From Opitutaceae bacterium (GTDB lineage Bacteria; Verrucomicrobiota; Verrucomicrobiia; Opitutales; Opitutaceae), in contig DASTWZ010000039.1 of NCBI GenBank assembly GCA_035765635.1, forward strand, positions 46,829 to 110,828: 64,000 nt of DNA, written 5' to 3'. The notes beneath the pieces were generated by a model, which worked only from the letters and a program-made list of their open reading frames with translations, was not told the DNA's origin and searched no databases. A program made the translations under genes and the position numbers. Shown here in pieces: positions 38,165-46,816 of the stretch (the first letter of the stretch is position 1; each line of letters starts with the position of its first letter).

Positions 38165-39154
38165 ATGGGCAAGATCTATAACGATATCACCGAAACGATC
38201 GGAAACACGCCTCTCGTGCGTTTGAATCGCACGGCCGCGGCGCACGGCGCGCAGGCCGACATTCTGCTGAAGCTCGAATTTTTTAACCCTCTCTCGAGCG
38301 TGAAGGATCGCATCGGTAACGCGATGATCGACGACGCGCTGAAGAGCGGAAAGATCAACAAGGACACCGTTCTGATCGAGCCGACGTCGGGCAACACGGG
38401 TATCGCGCTCGCCTTCGTGGCCGCGGCCAAAGGTCTCAAGCTCATCCTCACGATGCCGGAGACGATGTCGCTCGAACGCCGCAAGCTGCTCAAGATTCTC
38501 GGCGCGCGTCTCGTCCTCACCGAAGGACCGAAGGGCATGAAGGGCGCGATCGCGAAAGCGGAAGAGCTGCAATCGAAAATCCCGAACAGCATTATTCTCC
38601 AGCAATTCGCCAATCCCGCGAATCCCGCAGTGCACCGTCGCACAACGGCCGAAGAAATCTGGCGCGATACGGATGGCAAGGTCGACATCGTCGTCTCGGG
38701 CATCGGCACCGGCGGCACGATCACCGGTATTGGCGAGGTGTTGAAGCCGCGCAAACCGAGCCTGCACGTCGTGGCGCTCGAGCCCGATTCGTCGCCCGTG
38801 CTCTCGGGCGGTCAGCCTGGTCCGCACAAGTTGCAGGGCCTCGGCGCCGGTTTCATCCCGCCCATCCTCAACACGAAGGCCTACGACGAAGTGATTCGCG
38901 TCAAGGAAGCCGACTCGGCTCCGATCTCGAAACAGGTCAATCAGCTCGACGGCATTCCGATCGGCATCTCCGCCGGCGCCGCGGTCTGGGCCGCGATCGA
39001 GTTGTCCAAGCGTCCGGAAAACAAGGGCAAGACGATTGTCGCGATCATCCCGTCCTCCAGCGAACGCTATCTCTCCACCTGGCTCTTTGCCGACGTCAGC
39101 CCGGAAAGCGATTCGATCGACGACCTGCTCGGCGCTGCCGCAGCCGCCAAGTAA
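38165..39154 (+). CDS. cysK: cysteine synthase A (O-acetylserine sulfhydrylase)
   Basis: [18 protein letters not shown] (PLP lysine), [20 protein letters not shown]. Confidence 0.93.
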   Translation: MGKIYNDITETIGNTPLVRLNRTAAAHGAQADILLKLEFFNPLSSVKDRIGNAMIDDALKSGKINKDTVLIEPTSGNTGIALAFVAAAKGLKLILTMPETMSLERRKLLKILGARLVLTEGPKGMKGAIAKAEELQSKIPNSIILQQFANPANPAVHRRTTAEEIWRDTDGKVDIVVSGIGTGGTITGIGEVLKPRKPSLHVVALEPDSSPVLSGGQPGPHKLQGLGAGFIPPILNTKAYDEVIRVKEADSAPISKQVNQLDGIPIGISAGAAVWAAIELSKRPENKGKTIVAIIPSSSERYLSTWLFADVSPESDSIDDLLGAAAAAK

Positions 39155-39168
39155 ACAATTCAAAAAAC

Positions 39169-39369
39169 CGTAGCCGCAAAGAGGCGCAAAAAAACGCAAA
39201 GAGGATTTTGGGTTCGTCCACGTCGCTCGCAACATCTGGTCCACAACCCGGTTGGGGTATCGGTTTGTAACTCCAAACCAAAATACCAGACCGCTTTCAG
39301 GTGTCGGATGGCTGAGTCGGCCCGAACAAGTAATCATCCTCTTTGCGACTCTTGAGCCTCTTTGCGGCC
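39169..39369. repeat. ~200-bp MITE-like element with ~45-bp terminal inverted repeats (GTAGCCGCAAAGAGGCGCAAAAAAACGCAAAGAGGATTTTGGGT)
   Basis: Left end as given. Right end ATCCTCTTTGCGACTCTTGAGCCTCTTTGCGGCC. Conserved central CGGTTGGGGTATCGGTTTGTAACTCCAAACC. A second copy is at 52628-52825. Confidence 0.8.
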
Positions 39370-39544
39370 AATAAAATCACCGTGGCCAAGCCCCGCGCTT
39401 TGGCTGCGGCTCCGGCGCGCTGACCACAGCGGCGCTTTTCAGGTCAGGGGTTAGTTTTCGCCCACCCGCACCATCGGGAGGCTTTTATTCTCTGCTCAGT
39501 GAACCCAACCGTACGAACGGAGGCTTCATGAAAAATGGTTATTC

Positions 39545-41281
39545 ATGGAATCCGGTCGGTTCACTCACACCGTATTAGAAACTGACGTCCTCGTCATCGG
39601 CGGCGGCACCGCAGGCTGCGTCGCCGCGATCAAAGCGAAGGAGGCTCTGCCCAACGGCTCGGTGCTGTTGCTGGAAAAAGCCAACGTCAAACGCAGCGGC
39701 GCCATCGCGCTCGGCATGGACGGGGTGAACAACGCCGTGATCCCGGGCCACGCCACGCCCGAGCAGTACGTGAAGGAAATCACGATGGCCAATGACGGCA
39801 TCGTGAACCAGGAAGCCGTCCTGGCCTACGCGCGGCAGAGCTTCGGCATGATCCAGGAGCTCGAAAGCTGGGGCGTGAAATTTCAGAAAACGCCCGGTGG
39901 GGACTACGACATGAAGAAGGTCCACCACAAGGGCAGCTACGTCCTGCCAATGCCGGAGGGTTACGACATCAAGAAAATCCTAACGCGCGTCATACGCCGC
40001 GTTGGCGTGCGCACGGAAAACCGCTTCATGGCGACGCGGGTCCTGCTCGACGAGGGCAGGGCGGCGGGGGCGCTGGGCTTCAATGTCCGCACCGGCGAGT
40101 TCGTCATCATCCGCGCCAAGGCCGTGATCCTTTCGTGTGGCTCAGCCGGGAGGTTAGGTTTGCCCGCCTCGGGCTATCTGATGGGCACTTACGAGAATCC
40201 GGCGAACGCCGGCGACGGTTTCGCCATGGCGTTTCACGCCGGCGCCGAGATGAGCAATCTCGAATGCTTCCAGGTCAATCCGCTGCTCAAGGACTACAAC
40301 GGGCCGGCCTGCGCTTATGTCAGCGGGCCCTACGGCGGCTACACTGTGAACGCGAAGGGCAATCGTTTCATGCTCTCGGATTACTGGAGCGGCCAGATGA
40401 TGCTCGAATTCTACCGCGAGCTGAACGGACCGAACGGACCCGTTTACCTGAAGATGAATCACCTCGCGCCCGAAACGGTGACGGAGATCGAACAGATCCT
40501 CCACACTACGGAGCGTCCGAGTCGCGGACGCTTCCATGCCGGCCGGGGAATTCATTATGGAGAACAACCGATCGAAATGGCGGTGTCCGAGATCGGCTTG
40601 TGCTCCGGCCATAGCGCCTCGGGGGTGCGGGTGAGTCACCGCGCCGAAACGACCGTGCCGGGACTCTACGCCGCGGGCGACATGGCCTCCGTGCCGCACG
40701 GCTACATGCTCGGCGCATTCACCTATGGAAAGATCGCCGCGGGCAGCGCGACCGAATATATCCGTTCCGTGGATACGCCGACGATCGATGAGGGGCAGGT
40801 CGAGCGGGAACGCCTTCGCGTGCACGGTCCGCTCTCGAGACCCGACGGCATTCCGCCGCATCAATTCGAGTACAAGTTGCGTCGCCAGGTGAACGACTAC
40901 CTCCAGCCGCCGAAGACGGCTTTCAGGCTGGAGCGTGGCCTCGCCTACTTCGATCGCGCCAGCGAGGAACTCGAACAACTCGGCGCGCGCGAACCGCACG
41001 ACCTGATGCGAGCCATGGAATGCCACTTCATCCGCGATTGCGCCGAGATGGCCGCGCGCTCCTCGCTCTTCCGCACAGAGAGCCGATGGGGTCTCTATCA
41101 CTACCGTCTCGATTTCTCCGAGATGAACAACGCCGAGTGGTTCGCTCACTCGATCCTCCGCCGCAATCCCGGCGGCAAAGTCGAAACCTACAAACGTCCC
41201 ATCGAGCCCTACGTCGTCCCGCTCACCGAAGAGGAGCTGCGCGGCTACCACCAACTGCGAATCGCGAAAAGCGAAGGCTGA
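39545..41281 (+). CDS. AprA-like FAD flavoprotein (adenylylsulfate reductase alpha / fumarate reductase flavoprotein superfamily)
   Basis: DVLVIGGGTAGCVAA, EKANVKRSGAIALGMDGVNN (compare AprA RSGAVAQGLSAIN as recalled), and C-terminal ESRWGLYHYRLDF. Confidence 0.75.
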   Translation: MESGRFTHTVLETDVLVIGGGTAGCVAAIKAKEALPNGSVLLLEKANVKRSGAIALGMDGVNNAVIPGHATPEQYVKEITMANDGIVNQEAVLAYARQSFGMIQELESWGVKFQKTPGGDYDMKKVHHKGSYVLPMPEGYDIKKILTRVIRRVGVRTENRFMATRVLLDEGRAAGALGFNVRTGEFVIIRAKAVILSCGSAGRLGLPASGYLMGTYENPANAGDGFAMAFHAGAEMSNLECFQVNPLLKDYNGPACAYVSGPYGGYTVNAKGNRFMLSDYWSGQMMLEFYRELNGPNGPVYLKMNHLAPETVTEIEQILHTTERPSRGRFHAGRGIHYGEQPIEMAVSEIGLCSGHSASGVRVSHRAETTVPGLYAAGDMASVPHGYMLGAFTYGKIAAGSATEYIRSVDTPTIDEGQVERERLRVHGPLSRPDGIPPHQFEYKLRRQVNDYLQPPKTAFRLERGLAYFDRASEELEQLGAREPHDLMRAMECHFIRDCAEMAARSSLFRTESRWGLYHYRLDFSEMNNAEWFAHSILRRNPGGKVETYKRPIEPYVVPLTEEELRGYHQLRIAKSEG

Positions 41282-41420
41282 AAAGGAGAAGGCTGAAAAG
41301 GAGAAGGCTGAAGGAATGAAGGCTGAAGGCTGAAAGCAGCATGAAGAATGACAATTCCCGCATGACCAACTTTCCGAGGGTAGGGCGAGACCTCAGGGCG
41401 AGCCGCAACGCCGAGTCCGC
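41271..41420. repeat. GAAGGCT heptamer array followed by a TTTCCGAGGGTAGGGCGAGACCTCAGGGCGAGCCG unit
   Basis: GCGAAGGCTGAAAAGGAGAAGGCTGAAAAGGAGAAGGCTGAAGGAATGAAGGCTGAAGGCTGAA. It sits between the aprA-like and ferredoxin genes. Confidence 0.85.
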
Positions 41421-41518
41421 ATCTGACTCCGTCCACCAACCTATCTCTCCGAATGAGCCGCGCGCTCAAAGCCTCTCAACTCAAAATAAAACAAACTTCG
41501 TCTCACTCATTTCCTCAC

Positions 41519-41833
41519 ATGTCCGCCACTCTCCCACAAAAAGTCGCCGGCAAATTAAAATTTAGCTCGGAAACCGAGGCCGCCGCAGCCGCGCGCGTCA
41601 CGCCGAATCGGCAAACCGTAAAAGCCTTCGACGTCCCCGTCGTCGTCGATGAAGCCAAATGCATCACCGGCTGCCACGTCTGCGTGGAGTCCTGCCCGGT
41701 CGACTGTCTCGCGATCAATCCCGCGACGACCAAATCCCACATGAAGTTCGACGACTGCTGGTACTGCCTCGCCTGCGAGGTGGACTGCCCGACGAACGCT
41801 ATAACCGTGAAAATGCCCTTCCTGATCCGCTGA
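41519..41833 (+). CDS. AprB-like 2x[4Fe-4S] ferredoxin (short form; alternative start 41453)
   Basis: Two Cys clusters, CITGCHVCVESCP and CWYCLACEVDCPTNAITV. The second resembles the AprB CWECYSCVKMCPQGAIDV as recalled. Confidence 0.7.
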   Translation: MSATLPQKVAGKLKFSSETEAAAAARVTPNRQTVKAFDVPVVVDEAKCITGCHVCVESCPVDCLAINPATTKSHMKFDDCWYCLACEVDCPTNAITVKMPFLIR

Positions 41834-41836
41834 ACT

Positions 41837-42790
41837 ATGTCTGTCGAAACCGAACAATTTACCGCCCTGGCCGAGAGCCTGCGCAGCCCGGACGTCAATC
41901 AACGCCGCCTGGCTCTGGCCGAACTCGAGGAAAATCTTCGTGTAGTGCCGGCGGAACTACTCATCCCTTCGCTGCGCGATGAAGATGCGGCGGTGCGGCG
42001 CCTGGCCGCTCAACTGCTCGAAGAGATCGGCGACGTCGCGGCCATTCCCGCGTTGATCCATGTCACCGCCGATTCCGCGGCCGATGTCGCTTCCGTCGCC
42101 GCAAGCGCGCTCCGGGAGTTTCGCACGCCGCACGCGGTGCCGCTGCTGATCAGTGGAATCGATCACCCTAAGCCGGAGGCCCGTGTCGCCGCTCTCATCG
42201 CCTTGCGTGAGCACAAAGCCGATGGCGCCATGGCGACCTTGATTCGGGCGGTGAGTGACTCAGTTCCGGAGGTTAGGCGCGAAGCGATCATCACGTTGAC
42301 CCATCTTCGTCATGCCGGGTCGCTGCCGGTCCTGCGCGAGTCGTTGAACGATGTTTCCGCACCCGTGCGACGAATCGCGATCGGCGCGGTCGCTGTCTTC
42401 AACGACGCCGCGTCAATCCCAGACCTCGCGCGCTCCCTCGGAGACGACGATTGGCAGGTGCGTCGGGAGGCGGCGATTGCCCTGGGGAAGTTCTCTTCTA
42501 ACGAGGCAATTGAGTCACTTATCAGAGCGTTGAACGACGCCTATTGGCAGGTGGCCAAGGAAGCCTTGGCCAGCCTGGGCAAACTTCACGCGCCCGTCGC
42601 GGTCAGGCTCGCCCCCTTCGCAAAACACGAAATCGCCGACGTGCGCCTCGCCGCGGCCAGCGCTCTGGGCGAAACCGGAGAACGCAGCGCCCGCGATCCA
42701 TTGACCGAACTGCTGAACGACCCCGACACCGGCGTCCAGAAAGCCGCGCGCCGAGCGCTCGAGCAACTCGCCGCCAAGACTGCGAGCTAA
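41837..42790 (+). CDS. HEAT/PBS-lyase-like repeat protein
   Basis: About eight tandem ~31-aa repeats of the type D.D..VRR.AA.ALG..G...A...L. It starts 3 nt after the ferredoxin stop codon. Confidence 0.8.
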   Translation: MSVETEQFTALAESLRSPDVNQRRLALAELEENLRVVPAELLIPSLRDEDAAVRRLAAQLLEEIGDVAAIPALIHVTADSAADVASVAASALREFRTPHAVPLLISGIDHPKPEARVAALIALREHKADGAMATLIRAVSDSVPEVRREAIITLTHLRHAGSLPVLRESLNDVSAPVRRIAIGAVAVFNDAASIPDLARSLGDDDWQVRREAAIALGKFSSNEAIESLIRALNDAYWQVAKEALASLGKLHAPVAVRLAPFAKHEIADVRLAAASALGETGERSARDPLTELLNDPDTGVQKAARRALEQLAAKTAS

Positions 42791-43008
42791 ATGACGACTG
42801 TGATTTTCTTAGCCGCGAAGAGACGCAGCGCGGCGGAGTCGCAACCGCGTTTCCAAACGCGGTCGCGAGGTATTTGGAGCGCAGGCGTCTCGCCTGCATT
42901 GGGCGACCATGCAGGCGGGACGCCCGCGCTCCACGAACCGGCGCAGCCGCATTCGAAAATGCGGCTGCAGCAACACCGCGCGCTGGAGCTGCTGGCACTT
43001 TCAATCTC

Positions 43009-44418
43009 ATGATTCCCTCGACCAAAATTCCAAAAACACTCGCTTGGCTCGGCGTCTTTCAATTCGTGTTTCAGGCTTCGGCTGAAACCATCCGCGTGGC
43101 CATTGGCACGCAGGACACGACGATCAACTGCGCGGCGGGCGGACCCGTTGTTCGCGAGTTGAAGCTGCTGGAAAAGTACCTCCCGCACGACGGGAAGTAT
43201 CGAGATGTTGAATACAATATCATTTGGGAAAACCAACCCACCGGCGCTCAGCTCAACAGCAAGTACCTCGCGAACCAGCTCGATATCGTCCAGATGGCGG
43301 ACTTCCCGTCGATCGTCGGCGCCACCGCGTTCGAGGCGGCGAACAACGGCGTGCATTCGATCTACATCGCGTCGCTCTCCGGCGGAATCAGCGGGGCGGG
43401 CAATGCGATTCTCGTGCCGAACAACTCTCGCGTTCAGTCGCTCTCGGAGTTGAAGGGCAAACGGATTTCCGTGCCGTTCGCGTCGACGGCGCACGCGATG
43501 CTGATTCGCGCGATTCAGGATCTCGGTTGGGATCCGAACTCGGACGTGACCATCATCTCGCAGACGCCCGAGGTCGGCGGGAGTGCGTTGAAAGCAGGGC
43601 AGATCGACGCTCACGCGAACTTCGTGCCCTTTGGCGAACTTTTCCCTTTTCGAGGAATCGCTCGCAAGATCTATGACGGCAGCTTGACGGGAGTGACCAC
43701 CACGCACGGCGTGCAAGTGCGTTCGGATTATGTGGCGAAATATCCCGAGATCGTCGTGGCCTACCTGAGGGCGATGCTCGAGGCGAGCAAGCTGCTGGAG
43801 GAAAAACCGGAGGAACTTTCCGAGAAGCTGGAAAAATGGACGGGCGTCGAAGCCGAAGTGTACTACGCGTTTCATGGCCCGCAGGGGATTCAGACGCGCG
43901 ATTACAGTTTGAAGCCCGAGTTCGTCACAGCGATCCGCCGCGCGCAGGAGGCGTTGAAAGTGCTCAAGAAAGTCCCCCGCGAGGTGAGCATCGATCTGTA
44001 TGTGAAAGACGAATACATCCGCGAGGCCGCGAAGCAGTCCGGCCTGGATTACGAGGCGCAGTTGAAGAACTATGCTCCGCTGCCATTTCGGGGGAACGCG
44101 CTCGACACTTCGGCGCCGGTGACGGACGCGAAACGTGCCGGTCAGATCTGGGTGAAGGGCGAGGAGAAGGTCCGGCTTTACAGCACGGCGGAAGCGGCGC
44201 TGCGCGAGGTGAAGAAGTTGAAGGCCGACCGCAAGACGCTCCGGGTGATCTTCGTGCACGATCGCGTCAGCGGCCTGAAGCTTTTCGCCGATCGCGCGTG
44301 GTACGTCGTGAACCGCGGCGAGGCATCCGCCTTTTTGTTGAAAGCCGATGCAGACAAGTGGGCGAAAGACCATGACGGCGCCGCCGAGAGCTACGAAGAT
44401 GTTTTGGCGAAAATCTAA
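43009..44418 (+). CDS. NMT1/SsuA-type ABC transporter substrate-binding protein with a ~115-aa C-terminal extra domain
   Basis: Signal peptide MIPSTKIPKTLAWLGVFQFVFQASA. SsuA/NrtA-like core (LKGKRISVPFASTAHAML..). The ORF part upstream of 43009 overlaps the HEAT gene and repeats. Confidence 0.8.
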   Translation: MIPSTKIPKTLAWLGVFQFVFQASAETIRVAIGTQDTTINCAAGGPVVRELKLLEKYLPHDGKYRDVEYNIIWENQPTGAQLNSKYLANQLDIVQMADFPSIVGATAFEAANNGVHSIYIASLSGGISGAGNAILVPNNSRVQSLSELKGKRISVPFASTAHAMLIRAIQDLGWDPNSDVTIISQTPEVGGSALKAGQIDAHANFVPFGELFPFRGIARKIYDGSLTGVTTTHGVQVRSDYVAKYPEIVVAYLRAMLEASKLLEEKPEELSEKLEKWTGVEAEVYYAFHGPQGIQTRDYSLKPEFVTAIRRAQEALKVLKKVPREVSIDLYVKDEYIREAAKQSGLDYEAQLKNYAPLPFRGNALDTSAPVTDAKRAGQIWVKGEEKVRLYSTAEAALREVKKLKADRKTLRVIFVHDRVSGLKLFADRAWYVVNRGEASAFLLKADADKWAKDHDGAAESYEDVLAKI

Positions 44419-44428
44419 AGACGGTCGC

Positions 44429-44832
44429 GACGCCGACGCTCGGCCGATACCGAACGTTCGGCCAATCCCCAAACGCTCTACCGCCGTAGTGCGCCTTTCC
44501 AAGGCGCAGGAGGCTCTGGGAGCGCTGGCATCTTGCCGGCCCCAATTGGGCTGCCGCGAAGCGGCGGACTCGATGGCGACGACGCATTTTCACCGACCGA
44601 GTCCGTCCGCGCTTGTGGCGCGGACTGTAGAAAGATGCCGGCGAGGACGCCAGCGCTCCCAGTGGCCGACATCGGCGAGACGCCGACGCTCGGCTAATAC
44701 CGAACGTTCGGCCAACCCCCAAATGCTTTACCGCCGTAGTGCGCCTTTCCAAGGCGCAGAAGGCTCTGGGAGCGCTGGCATCTTGCCGGCACCTATCGGG
44801 CTGCCGCGAAGCGGCGGACTCGATGGCGACGA
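44429..44832. repeat. two ~154-nt direct repeats (44429-44582 and 44679-44832, about 93% identical) separated by a CGAGTCCGTCCGCGC..GCTCCCAG unit
   Basis: Both copies read GACGCCGACGCTCGGC.(A/T)ATACCGAACGTTCGGCCAA.CCCCAAA.GCT.TACCGCCGTAGTGCGCCTTTCCAAGGCGCAG.AGGCTCTGGGAGCGCTGGCATCTTGCCGGC...GGGCTGCCGCGAAGCGGCGGACTCGATGGCGACGA. Confidence 0.9.
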
Positions 44833-44861
44833 TCGGCCATATTACAACCACCTTCACAGCC

Positions 44862-45716
44862 ATGAGCACCGCAATCACCACCCTTGACGACCAACCCGCT
44901 GTATCGAATCCGGCACTACAGACTTCGCGTTGGCGAAAAGTCGCGGCGCGCTGGTTCGTTCGCCTTCTCTCGATCGCGCTCTGCTTCGTTTTGTGGGAGG
45001 CGGCATCCCGCGGCAAATGGACCGTCCTCGGCGCTCGTTTCGAAAACGTGCCCGCACCGTCGCAAGTTTTCGACGCCGCGAAAGAGCTGGCTCGTTCCCC
45101 GAAATTGACCGGCCATTTGAAGGCAAGCCTGATGCGCATTTTTGCAGGCTTCTCGCTGGCGGCGGTTCTCGCCGTGGCCAGCGGAATGCTGATCGGGAGA
45201 TTTCGCTGGGCCGAAGATGGATTGATGCCGCCCTTCGAAATCCTGCGGCCAATTCCCGCAGTCGCCTGGATCCCTCTCGCGATTCTCCTCTGGCCGACGC
45301 CGGAAAGCAGCATGATCTTCATCACCTTCATCGGAGCGTTTTTCCCGATTTTGCTGAACACCGTGCACGGCGTGGAGGGCATCGACCGTCGTCTCGTTCA
45401 AGCGTCGCTTGTTCTCGGCACGGGGCGCGTGGCGTTGTTTCGCGAGGTGATTTTGCCGGGCTCGCTTCCCGCGATCGTGACGGGACTGACGATCGGCATG
45501 GGCACCGCCTGGTTCTCGCTCATCACCGCCGAGATGGTCTCGGGACAGTACGGCATCGGCTATTTCACGTGGGAGGCGTACACGCTGCAGAACTATCCCG
45601 ACATCGTTCTCGGCATGATCTTGATCGGCGTGCTCGGCATGCTGAGCAGCGGACTCATCCGCATCGTCGGGCTGCGGTTCATGCCTTGGTTCAAATTCGG
45701 AGGAAATTCCACATGA
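44862..45716 (+). CDS. ABC transporter permease, SsuC/TauC family
   Basis: Six TM segments with an EAA-like loop. The start is chosen after the repeat, because the 44739 ORF start lies inside repeat copy 2. Confidence 0.85.
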   Translation: MSTAITTLDDQPAVSNPALQTSRWRKVAARWFVRLLSIALCFVLWEAASRGKWTVLGARFENVPAPSQVFDAAKELARSPKLTGHLKASLMRIFAGFSLAAVLAVASGMLIGRFRWAEDGLMPPFEILRPIPAVAWIPLAILLWPTPESSMIFITFIGAFFPILLNTVHGVEGIDRRLVQASLVLGTGRVALFREVILPGSLPAIVTGLTIGMGTAWFSLITAEMVSGQYGIGYFTWEAYTLQNYPDIVLGMILIGVLGMLSSGLIRIVGLRFMPWFKFGGNST

Positions 45717-46576
45717 GTGATTTGTTTAAACCAGATGAAGCCGCGGGAATTCGCCTGAAACAGGCGAGCCTGTCCTTCGGCGAAGGCGCGAATCGGCTGG
45801 AGGCGCTGCATCAGCTCGAGCTGACGATCCCTGCCGGAGAATTTGTCAGTGTCCTCGGTCCCTCGGGCTGCGGAAAATCGACCTTGATCGGCGCGATTGC
45901 GGGCTTGGCGAAGTTGAGCGCTGGCGAACTTTTGGTGAACGGTTCAGCAGTGCGCGCGCCAGGGGCAGAGCGAGGCGTGGTGTTTCAGCACCACACGCTG
46001 TTTCCCTGGAAAACCGTTTTTCAGAACGTCGAATTCGGCCTGAGAAATCGCGGCGTGAAAAAGCCAGAGCGAACCGCGTCCGTTCGCGAGATGCTCGCGC
46101 ATGTCGGCCTCGAGGAATTCACGCACCATTATCCAGCGCAGCTTTCCGGCGGCATGCAGCAGCGCGTGAATCTCGCGCGCGCCTTGGTGAATCGCCCGAA
46201 AGTGCTGCTGATGGATGAGCCCTTCGCGGCGCTCGACGCCCAAACGCGCCTCAACATGCAGGAACTCCTGCTGGCATTGTGGAGCGAGCGACGCATGACC
46301 GTTTTGTTTGTCACGCACGATGTCGATGAAGCGCTTTTCCTGGCGGATCGCGTCGTGGTGCTGAGCCGGCGTCCGGCGGAGATCCGCTCGGAAGTCGTGG
46401 TCGAGTTGCCTCGTCCGCGCACGACGTCGGTGTTGACGGAACCGCGCTTCAGTTCGCTGAAGCGTCACTGCCTCGAACTCCTGCGCAACGAGAGCCGGCG
46501 TTCGATCCGGCCGCCTCCAGGCGATGCCCAAGCCTCCCCCGAAGAACTCGTCGAAGCGGTGACGGAGCAAGCGTAG
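45713..46576 (+). CDS. ABC transporter ATP-binding protein, SsuB/TauB family
   Basis: Walker A GPSGCGKST, signature LSGGMQQRVNLARAL, Walker B LLMDEPF. ATGA start/stop overlap with the permease. Confidence 0.9.
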   Translation: MSDLFKPDEAAGIRLKQASLSFGEGANRLEALHQLELTIPAGEFVSVLGPSGCGKSTLIGAIAGLAKLSAGELLVNGSAVRAPGAERGVVFQHHTLFPWKTVFQNVEFGLRNRGVKKPERTASVREMLAHVGLEEFTHHYPAQLSGGMQQRVNLARALVNRPKVLLMDEPFAALDAQTRLNMQELLLALWSERRMTVLFVTHDVDEALFLADRVVVLSRRPAEIRSEVVVELPRPRTTSVLTEPRFSSLKRHCLELLRNESRRSIRPPPGDAQASPEELVEAVTEQA

Positions 46577-46633
46577 GGCGCCAAACGGAGCGCCGACCTG
46601 GCGGCAACGGAGCCGACGTCGTGCTACGTTAGG

Positions 46634-46728
46634 CGGAATGCACGGCAGGGGTTTTTGTTTCTGTGTCTGCCGTGTATTCCGTGGGAAATAGTCCTCTGCC
46701 TTCGTGTTCTTCGTGTGATTCGTGGGCA
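46634..46728. repeat. partial nested-IR element (inner hairpin plus right outer arm only)
   Basis: CGGAATGCACGGCAGG..CTGCCGTGTATTCCGTGGG, then CTTCGTGTTCTTCGTGTGATTCGTGGGC. Confidence 0.75.
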
Positions 46729-46816
46729 AAAACCGCGCCCAAATCTGCGGGCTTGCCAGAGACTTTTTTTCCTGTGTTCCTGACAAACCACTCTCTTTTA
46801 GTAGGTTTATCAGTCG

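Noticed and set aside
42787-44502. Very long antisense ORFs, for example 42787-44502(-) of 571 aa. Others are 48144-49400(-), 30974-32293(-), 54198-55652(+), 38150-39337(-), 40154-41254(-), 26083-27015(-) and 28136-29182(+).
   Set aside because: Their products are Arg/Ala/Gly/His-rich low-complexity sequences with no recognisable motifs. The opposite strand encodes clearly recognisable proteins with proper GC3 bias. These are typical shadow ORFs of high-GC DNA.
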